From: Octopus sinensis
Taxonomy: Eukaryota
Length of the DNA stretch: 64,000 nucleotides
Reading direction: 5' to 3'
Assembly (NCBI RefSeq): GCF_006345805.1
Contig: NC_043003.1
Span: 91,202,001 to 91,266,000, forward strand
The position numbers and the translations under genes were made by a program. The notes beneath the pieces were generated by a model, which worked only from the letters and a program-made list of their open reading frames with translations, ran no database searches and had not been told where the DNA came from. Below, piece after piece: positions 51,760-64,000 of the stretch (position 1 is the first letter of the stretch; the number at the start of each line of letters is the position of its first letter).

Positions 51760-54360
51760 CCAGCTTTCTGAATGGAGTTATTTAGATGCTTCTGCCACTC
51801 TAGGCCACGGTGCATCTAAAATTGCTGACCCCACAAACGCACATGTAAAAAAAATTGTCCGGAATTTGTGAATTCGACACCCGGTACATTACAAATCTGT
51901 TCTTTCTTCGGACCACGTGGTGTTTAGCTTTTTTCATCTTCAAAGGTAATTTTCACTTTTTATTGCCAAGACCTCCTCGTTCACAACTGCCTTCGGAATA
52001 ATTTTATTACGCTTCGAAGGTTGCGTGTGTGAGTCTATCTTCCTACTCACCCATCTTTTCTGAACGTCTGATCTTCTGTGAATTTCTGCTGCGCATCACT
52101 GTCACAAAAGTATCGTTACGATGAGTGCTACATCTTTTCCATAATATACAGGCAATGCTAAGCTATGGTTTGTCCAACTCGATTCGTATTTTGTTGCAAA
52201 GGGCGTACAATCTTCACAACAACAAATGTACATCTTAATTACTGGTATTCCTGTTTCTCTAGCTGCTATTGTAAAGGATCCCATTACTGACCCTCCACAA
52301 AGTACCTCTTATGATTCTTTAAAATCAGAAGTTCTGAGATAGAACTCCAAGTCTTCAGAGAGTCAGTTGCGCACCCTACTGCAGAACGAATATCTTGGGG
52401 ACAGGACACCTTCTGAGTTTTTAAGGCGCATCTGTGAAATCAGCGATGACGCTCCCGGGGACAACTATTTCGTCAAGAAGTTGTTTTTCTCCTGTCTGCC
52501 AAACAATGTACAGAATATGCTGGCTAATATGGTCCACACAAGTACAATCGACCAAATTGCCGCCTCAGCGAACAAAATTGTGCAATTTTCCCATTGCCCC
52601 ACCACGGCTGATAAAGTCATTGCTGCTTCGTCTCTGACAACACAGCCTAATTCAACAGGCGAAGATGCTACATTAAAAGCTATTGAACGCTTAACCGCCA
52701 AGTCGCCAACCTGTGTCGTGCATGTGCGACATTTCGGCATCGCTCACAAAGTTGATCTCGTCGTCGTTCCAGCCCCGTCGCCACCTCATCTACTGTGTGT
52801 TGGTACCTCTCAAGGTTCAAGGAGAACGCACGTCGGTGTGTTAAGCCCTGTTCGTTCGGGGCATCGGTAAAGTAAATCTGGAGAGTCTGGCTACATCACA
52901 TCTCTCCCACATTTAGCCTTGTGCATTTTTCATCAGAGATCTCGTTTCAAACAAGTCGTTTATGGTGGACACAGGATCGAGTTGCAGTGTTTGGCCCTTA
53001 AGGTTCATCTCACCTAAACCGAATCCTTCCAGCATTTCTTTATATGCGGTGAATCAGTCTCCCATCAAGACCTATCGTTAGATATCTTTATCATTGGACG
53101 TATCCTTACTCGGCACTTTAAGTGGATTTTTACCATTGCCGACCTTCGTCATCCGATCCTAGGAGCCGACTTCCTGCACCATTATTCTCTTTTAGTAGGG
53201 CGCTGACTTCTTGATGGTACCACCCCCCTCTCTGTCTCCGGGAAGAATTCTGCTGTTCCTACAGTGAGCCCCTCTTTCCTTGTGGCTGCTTCTGGGAACA
53301 CTTACCTCCAATTACTCACTTCGTTTCCAGAGTTGACCAACTTGAACTTCCATCCACCGGATCCAGTGCACTCTACAAAACATTTTACAATGACCAAAGA
53401 ACCTCCAGTGTTTTCTAGGCCTCATCGTTTATCTCCTGAAAAACTCCGGACCGCCCGGGCTGAAGTCGAGCACATGCTCCAGCTGGGTCTTATTCGTCTC
53501 TCCGCGAGTCCATGGGCAGCACCTTTACACATGGCCAGGAAGGAGCTGACTTTCGTCCAGTGGGAGATTTTAGACGCCTTAATACTGTCACTATTCCAGA
53601 CCGTTAACCGCTACCCAGTTTTTCTTCTGCCCTGCATGGCTGTAAAGTTTTTTTTTTAATCGACCTGGTACACACGTACCATCAGATTCTTGTCATCCCC
53701 AAAGACATTCCAAAGACAGCCGTTACTACCCCCTTTGGAACATTTGAGTTCGTGTCTATGCCTTTTGGTCTTCGAAATGCGGTCAGCACGTTCCAGAAGT
53801 TCATTGATGAGGTTGTTCGTGGTTGGACTTTGACTTTGCATATGTCGATGACCTCTTAATCGCCAGTAGTACTCCGGACCAGCACTTCCTTCGACAACAT
53901 ACCCGTAGACGCCGTGTCTCGCCTTCCTGTCATCTCCTGCCTTGATAAATTTGGTCGCCATGGCTACTGACCAACCTTTCTTGGACTCGACGTCATATCA
54001 CCACAGTTTTCCTGCTACAAACTGGAGCACCTGCTTCTTCCGTGTTCCAAAGGAACCATACTCTGCGATGATTCTACCGAGTCACCCCGACACTCCGTCC
54101 CTGAGCATCACCGCCATCCTGTTTTTGACGCTCTGCATTCGCTGTCACACCCAGGCATTGCGGCCACAGTAAAGCTTATCTCGGCTCGATTTTTCTGGCC
54201 GAATATGCGTCGGATTATTACTGTTTGGTCACGCACCTGTCTACAGTGTCAACGTTCCAAGGTGCATCGACACGTTCGAGCACCTCTTGGACATTTCTAG
54301 CCTTCTGAATGGAGTCGTTTTTTAGATGGTTCTGCCACGCTAGGCCACAGCACATCTAAA
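51760..54360 (+). mobile_element. Deleted Ty3/Gypsy element (gag, protease, partial RT, integrase HHCC)
   Basis: LWFVQLDSYF, LGDRTPSEFLRR (gag); VDTGSSCSV (PR); KTAVTTPFGTFEFVSMPFGLRNA, YVDDLLIAS (RT); HSLSHPG...CLQCQRSK (IN); direct repeat 51762-51820 / 54297-54360 with PBS-like tgctgacccc after the first copy. Confidence 0.9.
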
Positions 54361-54600
54361 ACCTCTTCCACTTTCGAATTCTCTCCATTCAACACTTTGT
54401 CAAGCGACGTGTACGAGAATAAGAGAGACCAAAGCAAACAGATGCAAAAGAAGAAGAAAATCAAAACCTAATATCAGTTGCTCAATGCAGCAATTTGGAA
54501 TGGTTTACAAGACACTAAAGGCCCGCAAAGAACCCACTCATTCGTTACCAACACAAGAAGAACTAAATCCACGACCAAAAGTGATATGTAAAGCGGCAGC

Positions 54601-54646
<46 letters not shown>

Positions 54647-55373
54647 TAGTAGTAGTAGTAGTTGCAGTAATAGTAGAATGGCTGGTAGCGAAGTAGTCAC
54701 TAGGGCAATGAAAGACTGAAATTAATATCAACCGGTTTTTCTTGTTTACATTGACGCCATTACCTTGAAGAGAAAATCATTATGTCAATAGTAGTAATAT
54801 TAGTAATCAGAAAATATCTAGAGAAGTATTCTTTAGCTGTGCAACGAACAAATGGACAATCAATATGACTGACGCCATTAAAAACTGAGTCTTTCCTGCT
54901 GAGAAGGTATACAGCTCTCCAAAATTAAAACTTGTGAAGCTGCAGTGCAAATTGAAAAAAGTATAGTCCATGGTTGTTTACATATCCAGAAGAAAACAAT
55001 ATGGGTCGGTGGTACACATTTATTGCATAACAGGATGTTCGAACAATATCTACAGCCACATGCTGGATTGCCTTTTGAACATAGATCTGCTCGATGCAGA
55101 ACTAAACAACATCAACAAAAGGTCGACAATTAACGTTTGTTATAAACTAGAAGCACAATGTCTATTTCTCTTGGGTTGGTCCTAGGTGCGTCGTAGGTAT
55201 AAAAAGTAAGCACTAATGATATTTGAAGGAAATACCTAACGCTTGTAGAGTAAATAAATCTCTGATGTCATTGGATAAAATTGTCATGTCCTTATTTCAT
55301 AAAGTCACACCTTGATTTCCTTCACACAACTTACCAAACAAAGCTACATACCTTCCGTGTACATTCCCCATTA

Positions 55374-55620
55374 CACTGGGCAACAAAAAAAGGTTTATTG
55401 TTAGCTACCCAGACAAATGGTGCTATACTAAACTAAATCGAGTACACTAATTCCTAATCTGAACTCAGAATTACTGTAGCACGTCAGCATTTTGAGTTAT
55501 GCGCATTATTTTATATTGATACTATATTAGAATCAGGAAGTTGATTCTGTTTTTTCTGTACCTACGACGGACACTGCTCGAAGCTTACTGACTTCCTACA
55601 CCTAGACCCTTGGATCTTAC
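55374..55620. mobile_element. Isolated Chapaev3-like terminus
   Basis: TTA|CACTGGGCAACAAAAA, similar to the end at 16677. Confidence 0.5.
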
Positions 55621-55631
55621 AATTACATGTC

Positions 55632-55705
<74 letters not shown>

Positions 55706-55976
55706 GTGGGATATATCATCCGGGCGGATACCATAGTAACTCCCAGGTATGTTCTAGGTTTATGGCTAACCGCATCGATTAGTATTTAACGTCTATGGCT
55801 TCTAATAGTTGTCATTCACTCTGTAAATTCCTCCGATCTGTAATTCCGTGTTCGCTTCACTGGACGGTAATATTGTCTTTAGTGTAGATGTATGTATGTA
55901 TGTATGTATGTATGTATGTATGTATGCATGTATGTATGTATGTATGTGTATGTATGTATGTATGTATATATGTATG

Positions 55977-58031
55977 CCTGTGAAGGCAGCACTCGCAGAA
56001 CCACCAAAGTTGGAAGAAGTTGCAATGGCTGTCTCAAGGTTGAATAATGGGAAGTCTCCGAGTATGGATGGCATACATGCGGAGTTGTTACAGCATGGTG
56101 GTGAGAAACTTCTGCAGAATCTTCACTCTTTGTTTGGTAAGATATGGACTAGTGAATCTGTACCTGAGGACTGGAGAAATGCAGTAATAGTGGTCTTATA
56201 TAAGGGAAAGGACAACAGGAATGATTGTGGTAATTATAGAGGAGTATCATTGCTGTCTGTCATAGGAAAGGTTTTATGCAGGGTACTTCTGGATCGTCTG
56301 CTGAAATACGTTGCAGATTGTGTTCTTCCAGAAAGTCAATCTGGCTTTCGTGTGGGACGTGGCACTGCTGATATGATCTTTTCAGCTAGACAGCTTCAGG
56401 AAAAGTGTGTGGAACAGGGGCTAGATTTGTATCAGGTTTTTGTCGATCTGACAAAAGCCTTTGATACCGTCAATAGAAAAGCATTGTGGAAAGTCCTCCA
56501 GAAACTTGGGTGTCCTGAAAAGTTCCTTGCTTTGGTTAGGTCTTTTCATGAAGACATGAATGGTAGGGTGAATGTTAGAGGGAAAATGTCGGAGCCCATT
56601 TCAATACAAAATGGAGTGAAACAGGGGGATATTCTGGCACCGACCCTATTTTTCATATATTTTGCGATTGTGTTCTGTATTGCATTCAGACTCTGCAAAT
56701 GCGGTGTTTACAGCCATTATCGAACCTGGGCAGCATATTTAATATCAGGCACCTTGCTGCAAAAACAAAGGTATTTACCTCTATCATAAGAGACCTTTTG
56801 TATGCAGATGATTGTGAGCTAGTAGCACACACAGAGATTGATATGCAACACATTTTGAATGCATTCTCTGATGCTTGCACTGCCTTAGGATTGACAGTCA
56901 ATCTCAAGAAAACTGTTGTCATGCATCAACCTACTCCTGGTAACCAAATATCTATGTGTATGGTAAACGACTTGATGTAATTGATCAGTTTGTCTACCTG
57001 GGAAGCACTATTAATAGATATGGCAATTTGGATGATGAAATTCTATATAGAATTAGGAAAGCAAGTGTTGCTTTCGGAAGGCTATAAAAGCGCCTCTGGA
57101 GTCGGCGAGACATATGCAGAAAGACAAAGATAAAGGTGTACAAGGCAGGTGTGCTTCCTTCTCTTCTTATGCCTGCAAGACGTGGGTTACATATCGATAC
57201 CACCTTAAACAACTGGAACGTTTCCATCAGATGTGCCTCAGACGGATCTATGGCATTAAGTGGAAGGACCGCATCAGTGATCTTGAAATATTGGAAGGCT
57301 CTCGGTGTGGAAGTATAGAAGCTCTTGTGTTAAAGCAAAGGCTCAGATGAAGTGGTCATCTGGTCAGAATGAAGGATTCAAGGATGCCAAAACAACTCTT
57401 TTATGGAGAGTTAGCTAAAGGAGAACGACCTCCACATAAACCAAAAAAGAGGTATAAGAACTTGCTGAAGGCTTCCTTAAGAGATGCTTGCATCTCTCCT
57501 GAGACATGGGAAGGTATAGCTATTGATCGTAGCAGGTGGAGAAGGATTGTGCATGAGGGGACAGCCAATTTTGAGAAATCTCGAGTTGCACATGAGAAAG
57601 TAAGGAGGGATGTCAGGAAGGGCATCACTGTTACACTTCCAGAAGGGAAGGGTCTTCCTTTGATGCTGACATGCAATGTCTGTGCAAGACCCTGCCTCAG
57701 TAAAGCTGGACTCAAGAGTCATCTTTGTAGTCATAAAACGAGACAGATGAGTGACAACCTGGCCACTGGTGGTGGTGTAACACACCATACTAATCATATC
57801 TGTGGGGCATGTGGAAGTGAGTGCAATTCGGCAGGAGGACTTAAACGACATGCAAAGGTACATGAAGCCCAGTTACAACTACAGTCGGCTATTACCAGTA
57901 AAAGTTTTAGTTGCCAATTACTACAAGACATTGTAGATCTTTAGCTGGGCTAAAAAGTCACATTCGATCACAGCACCAATAACAGTTAAGATTCGTGCAA
58001 TGGCCATACTCGATAACGAGGAGCAGCCATA
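55977..58031 (+). mobile_element. 5'-truncated RTE/BovB-like LINE (family B): RT plus C-terminal C2H2 zinc fingers
   Basis: NYRGVSLLS, ESQSGFR..RGTADMIFSARQLQEK, FVDLTKAFDTV, GVKQGDILAP, LLYADD; CNVC..HLCSH, CGAC..HAKVH and a frameshifted third finger. Confidence 0.95.
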
Positions 58032-58288
58032 ATGTATGTATGTATGTATGTATGTATGTATGTATGTATGTATGTATGTATGTATGTATGTATGTATGCA
58101 TGTATGTGTGTGTATGTATATATTTATGTATGTATGTATGTATGTATGTATGCATTTATGTATGTATGTATGTATGTACTCATGCATGTATGTATGTATG
58201 TATGTATGTGTGTGTATGTATGTATGTATGTATGTATGTATGTATGTATGTGTGTGTATGTATGTATGTATGTATGTATGTATGTGTG

Positions 58289-58320
<32 letters not shown>

Positions 58321-58779
58321 TGTGTGTGTATGTATGTATGTATTCATGTATGTATTCATGTATATATGTATTTATGTATGTATGTGTATGTATGCATGTA
58401 TGTATGTATGTGTGTGTATGTATGTATGTATGTATGTATGTATGTATGTGTGCATGTATATATTTATGTATGTGTTAATGTATGTATGTATGTATGTATG
58501 TGTATGTATGTATTCATGCATGTATGTATGCATGTGTGTATGTATGTATGTATGTATACATGTATGTATATATGTATGTATGTATGTATGTATGCATTTA
58601 TGTATGTATGTATGTATGTATGTATGTATGTATGTATGTACTCATGCATGTATGTATGTATGTATGTATGTGTGTATGTATGTTGTATGTATGTATGTAT
58701 GTGTGTGTGTATGTATGTATGTATGTATGTATGTATGTGTGTGTATGTATGTATGTATGTATGTATGTATGTATGTGTG

Positions 58780-58810
<31 letters not shown>

Positions 58811-59294
58811 GTGTGATGTATGTATGTATTCATGTATGTATTCATGTATATATGTATTTATGTATGTATGTGTATGTATGCATGTATGTATGTATGTGTG
58901 TGTATGTATGTATGTATGTATGTATGTGTGCATGTATATATTTATGTATGTGTTAATGTATGTATGTATGTATGTGTATGTATGTATTCATGCATGTATG
59001 TATGCATGTGTGTATGTATGTATGTATGTATACATGTATGTATATATGTATGTATGTATGTATGTATGCATTTATGTATGTATGTATGTATGTATGTATG
59101 TATGTATGTATGTACTCATGCATGTATGTATGTATGTATGTATGTGTGTGTATGTATGTATGTATGTATGTGTGTGTATGTATGTATGTATTTATGTATG
59201 TATGTATGTGTGTATATGTATGTATGTATGTAGTATGTATGTATGTGTGTGTATGTATGATGTATGTATGTATTTATGTATGTATATATGTGTG

Positions 59295-59326
<32 letters not shown>

Positions 59327-59713
59327 TGTATGTGTGTGTATGTATGTATGTATTCATGTATGTATTCATGTATATATGTATTTATGTATGTATGTGTATG
59401 TATGTATGTATGTAGTATGTATGTATGTATGTATGTGTGTGTATGTATGTATGTATGTATGTATGTGTGTGTGCATGTATATATTTATGTATGTGTTAAT
59501 GTATGTATGTATGTATGTGTATGTATGTATTCATGCATGTATGTATGCATGTGTGTATGTATGTATGTATGTATGTATGTATACATGTATGTATGTATGT
59601 ATGTATGTATGTATGTATGTATGTATGTATGTATGTATGTATGCATGCATTCATGTATGTATGTATGTATGTATGTATGTATGTATGTATGTATGTATGT
59701 ATGTATGTATGTA

Positions 59714-59744
<31 letters not shown>

Positions 59745-59765
59745 ATGTATGTATGTATGTATGTA
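58032..59765. repeat. 1.7-kb complex (TATG)n array with higher-order periodicity
   Basis: Variant markers recur about every 460-540 bp. Confidence 0.95.
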
Positions 59766-59910
59766 TTTGGAAATATTTTAAGTGCTTGGAAGAATTTTAA
59801 CAAGATCCAAAATGTTCCACTATCGTTCCAATGTTTTACATTATATAACACCGTAATTATAAAAATATAACGAATTATTTTTGTAATTCGAAATTTATCA
59901 TCTACATACT

Positions 59911-60539
59911 GTAAGTAATCCCTCGACAATCGCGAGTGTTACGTTCCATAAAATCCCCGTTAGATGAAAATCCGCGAACTAGAAACGGCACTGTACTGTA
60001 TTTTCTTTATAATTTTTATAATTTGTATATATTTACCAGCAGTATCGCCCGGCGTTGCTCGGGTTTGTAAGGGAAATAACTATATAAGCATTTTTAGAGA
60101 TGTAAAGTATAATAGTCATCTCAATATGGCTAACCACAAAGGGGGGGGGTGTTACTGTAGCTTTTTACGTTCTGAGATTTAATAATAAATAATAATAATT
60201 TTAGAGAGTTATTTCCCTTAGATATGCCAAAAATGCATTAAAAATGGGGAAAATTAATGGTAAATTTTTTTTTTAATCGAAGACTCATCGTAGACGCGCG
60301 CTTAATACACAGAAGGGCTCGATATGAATCACGACTATAAGATACCCGGTTTTGGTTAAACTGCACCGCAAAATGTGGGAGTAGTTAGGAATCTAAATCG
60401 TAGGAGACAGACAGCACACAACCTCTCTTTTATATATAAAGATTTTATTAGAATGCAAAACAACACCACGGAGGAATCCACGTAAGCTTAAATAATAAAC
60501 TGCGATAGGTGAGCCGCGATATGGCAAGGGATTACTCTA
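59911..60539. mobile_element. Tigger-like MITE with nested Helitron-like insertion (60034-60443)
   Basis: agtaatccctcgac...cgcg / cgcgatatggcaagggattact inverted termini. Confidence 0.7.
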
Positions 60540-61782
60540 GTCATAAATAAATATTTGTAGTTGTAGATAATTGAAATCGGAAATAATTAAGGTTTGTGGG
60601 GGTGGTTCTCTTTTAGTTTTGGGGTTATCAGCTGTGCATATATTAAAAAATATAATCTATGCTATATTTATTTTTAAACAGCACATCTTTCGTAATGTGC
60701 ATTTCACTGCATAGATAACACATGCAGCGCAATAATGATTTCAAATTTTGGCACAAAGCTGGCAATTTCAGGGAAGAGATTAAATCGATTACATCGACCT
60801 TGATAATTAAGTATGAAAGACAAAGTCGACCTCAGCGGAATTTGGACTCAACGAAACAACGAACGAAATTTCGCTAAACATTTTAGTCGGTGTACTAACG
60901 ATTCTACCAGCTCACCGCCTTAATAGGGAATTCCAACCACGTTTCGCGGTCTGCTACCTCAACAGCTCCTTTATAGGATCCAGTGGCTAAAGACATCATC
61001 AGGAAGAACCTCGTCCAGTTTCGACCCCTACTCCTCTACCATTTTCGGTATAATGATCAATCTTTTTTCAGCCTTGAGTGACGATTTTATCTCAGGCCAA
61101 AGTTTAGGATGTTATATGGGGGCACCAGTTGAGAATCACTGCTCTAAACTTACGATTGAGTTTTAATTATTTTTCAATATTTCGTGAGCTGTTTTCGATA
61201 TTGAATAACAAGAGTTTCAAATATTGACAAAGAAAAGAAAAAAAAGACGTAACAGAGTTTCGGATCAGGGCACCCACAAAAGTTGGATTTTCTCTATTTT
61301 GACGGATTTTTCCAGTTGTTTTTCATTACATCCTTGAAAGTTTTTGAAAATTTATTACATTTTTGTTGTTGCTGTTGTTGTTGTTGTTGCTTAAATCACA
61401 GAAATGGTCAGCCTATGCGTTACTTCTGCACCATCATTCCATAAAATGGGTTTATGGGGATAAAAATAATGAAAAATGTCAATGTATGTCAGAGTGATAA
61501 AGAAATGAAGAAGGTAGTCGTGGGATGTGCTAGAAACACCAGCTAAATCTCCTTTAAATTACACACCTTTCCGTCTGAAAATAACTTCCTGGTCAAAGCC
61601 TTGCAAGCGGATTTAGTAGGCGAAAATTGAAAGAAGCCTGTCGCACACCTGTTGTTATTCTTGTTGTTTGTATTTGTAGTCGTAACATTTTCTCCGTTTT
61701 CCCGTTTTTTTTTTGTCTATGTTGTTGCACATAATGCAAGAAATAACATAATTCGCACAGTAGTTTTACCTAGAGTGTGTGT

Positions 61783-61835
<53 letters not shown>

Positions 61836-62088
61836 AAAGGAAGTTATTTTATGGCCTTCTTTCACTTGAAGAAGTAAAGTTGTCAACTCGACATATATGG
61901 AATCATATGATTGCTTATTAGTTTCTGTAAAAATTCTTTGAATTTCATTATGCTTTGAAGAGAGCAGAAATTGAAAGAGAGGATAAAGTGAAGAATCGAC
62001 ATTTGCTTTGAAGTGAGAGGTGAAAGTAAAAGAGAGGAGAAAGTGAAAGATATACGTGTGTGAGAAAGAGAGAGAGAGAGAGAGAGGG

Positions 62089-62133
<45 letters not shown>

Positions 62134-62373
62134 TGTGTGTGAGTGAGTGAAGGTATGTGTTGTGATGTATGAATTTTTTGCATGTATGTGTGTCACTCAC
62201 TTCCTCTCTCTCTTTCTCACACATACACACATTATCTTTCATAAACACATACATAAATAGGCGGAGGTAAAGAATACGTACACCAACCATTTTCAGCGTA
62301 ACCCTAACCTTAAACATCAGGTGCGCGCATTCTTTACCTTCGCCCAAAAATATATATGCATACATCTTTTTTG

Positions 62374-62423
<50 letters not shown>

Positions 62424-62988
62424 TGTGTGTGTGTGACTGTATTACCTCATAACATATAGAGAAATGGATATCTTTTAATGCATTTTTTATATATGACTTA
62501 TTTTAATACAATATTTCTGTGTACATTTTCATAAATGTTTGTCCGAGTAGAATTCTACGCATGCGTGAAATATTGGACGAAAGTGAAACATTAGAAGCAA
62601 ATTGAAATATTGTCCGAAAATGACCTCAAAATTGTGCGACCGCGTAGTTGCCGAGGTTATTTTAGTTGTAAAAAAGAGTTATTGAGTGAAAAACATGGTT
62701 TATTTGGTAGATAGATAAGCAGCGGCTGTTTCGTTATAACTCTCAAAGTGTCAACGAACTGTTATCAGCTGTTTTGTTACTCTTTTACTTGTTTCAGTCA
62801 TTTGACTGTGGCCATGCTGGAGCACCGCCTTTAGTCGAGCAAATCGACCCCAGGACTTATTCTTTGGAAGCCTAGTACTTATTCTATCGGACCTCTTTTG
62901 CCGAACCGCTAAGTTACGGGGATGTAAACACACCAGCTTCGGTTGTCAAGCGATGTTGGGGGGAACAAACACAGACACCCAAACATAC

Positions 62989-63029
<41 letters not shown>

Positions 63030-63034
<5 letters not shown>

Positions 63035-63036
63035 TG

Positions 63037-63075
<39 letters not shown>

Positions 63076-63361
63076 ATGTATGTATGTATATACACATATA
63101 TACGACGGGCTTCTTTCAGTTTCCGTCTACCAAATCCACTCACAAGGCTTTGGTCGTCCCGAGGCTATAGCAGAAGACATTTGCCCAAGTGCCATGCAGT
63201 GGGAATGAACCCGGAACCATGTGGTTGGGAAGCAAGCTACTTACCACAGAGCCACTCCTGCACTTGTTAGTTAATTTCCGTAAAAGAATTTTATTTATTT
63301 ACTTTTGTTTTAAAGTGAGAGAAGAAAGTGAAAAATGTATGAACGTGTATATGAAATGGAC

Positions 63362-63412
<51 letters not shown>

Positions 63413-63685
63413 ACCTACACATACATGAGAACACACACGTTCTCTCTCTCACACAGACGCGCGCGCGCACATGTACATACAAAAAAGATGTATGCATATA
63501 TATTGATGTATGTACGTATACATGACAACACACCCCTTCAGTCGCTCTCTTTCTCTCTCTCTCTTTCTCCCTTCTTATCTCTCTTCCTCTCTTCCGATTA
63601 TATAACTTGACGCTCATCAGTTAGCTAATATGAAAGGGAATATGGCAACTGCTTTCTATTATCGTGTGTGTGTGTGTGGTGTGTG

Positions 63686-63719
<34 letters not shown>

Positions 63720-64000
63720 ATGTATATACACATATATACGACGGGCTTCTTTCAGTTTCCGTCTACCAAATCCACTCACAAGGCTTTGGTCGTCCCGAGG
63801 CTATAGCAGAAGACATTTGCCCAAGTGCCATGCAGTGGGAATGAACCCGGAACCATGTGGTTGGGAAGCAAGCTACTTACCACAGAGCCACTCCTGCACT
63901 TGTTAGTTAATTTCCGTAAAAGAATTTTATTTATTTACTTTTGTTTTAAAGTGAGAGAAGAAAGTGAAAAATGTATGAACGTGTATATGAAATGGACGTG
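63030..64000. repeat. Tandem duplication (~636-bp offset) of SINE end plus flank
   Basis: 63100-63364 appears identical to 63736-64000, including non-SINE flank. Confidence 0.9.

Noticed and set aside
54945-55133. ORF with WVGG resembling a C-type lectin WIGL motif
   Set aside because: Lacks the other CTLD cysteines/WND motif and clear splice sites
55848-55976. Apparent N-terminal extension fused to RT
   Set aside because: The microsatellite upstream of a 5'-truncated LINE happens to be in frame
57995-59870. Long ORFs up to 462 aa (MYVC repeats)
   Set aside because: Translation of stop-free (TATG)n; the same applies to 12970-13348, 29569-29982, 33746-34158 and 43538-43820
60930-61030. Hammerhead-like fragments on the minus strand
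   Set aside because: Core mutated and stems cannot be closed convincingly

Overview
This is eukaryotic, AT-rich, repeat-dominated animal DNA. By inference from the SINE families, RTE tails and abundant (TATG)n/(AAT)n/(CA)n microsatellites it is most likely from a coleoid cephalopod (Octopus-like). Most ORFs in the track are microsatellite translations or decayed transposon pieces: mariner, Tc1-type, Chapaev3-like, hAT, Helitron, R4/Dong-like RLE LINEs, two RTE LINE families, an L1/Tx1-like relic, Penelope-like remnants, two Gypsy LTR elements, SINEs and MITEs. The only convincing host coding sequence is a 919-nt + strand exon (47460-48378) encoding a Ser/Thr-rich mucin stalk plus one transmembrane helix, followed by a short cytoplasmic exon. 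Around it are a SINE-disrupted duplicate of the TM exon, a frameshifted Thr-rich exon and a possible decayed Ig-like exon. Far upstream are a phase-compatible candidate signal-peptide exon and micro-exons. Other notable structure: an ~850-bp near-perfect palindrome, an RTE family found twice inside (TATG)n, minimal hammerhead-ribozyme motifs and a fold-back rearranged Gypsy with intact TSD. No prokaryotic-type system (CRISPR, operon, rRNA, tRNA gene) is supported. Family names come from recognised motifs, not database searches, and repeat boundaries are approximate unless TIRs/TSDs are cited.
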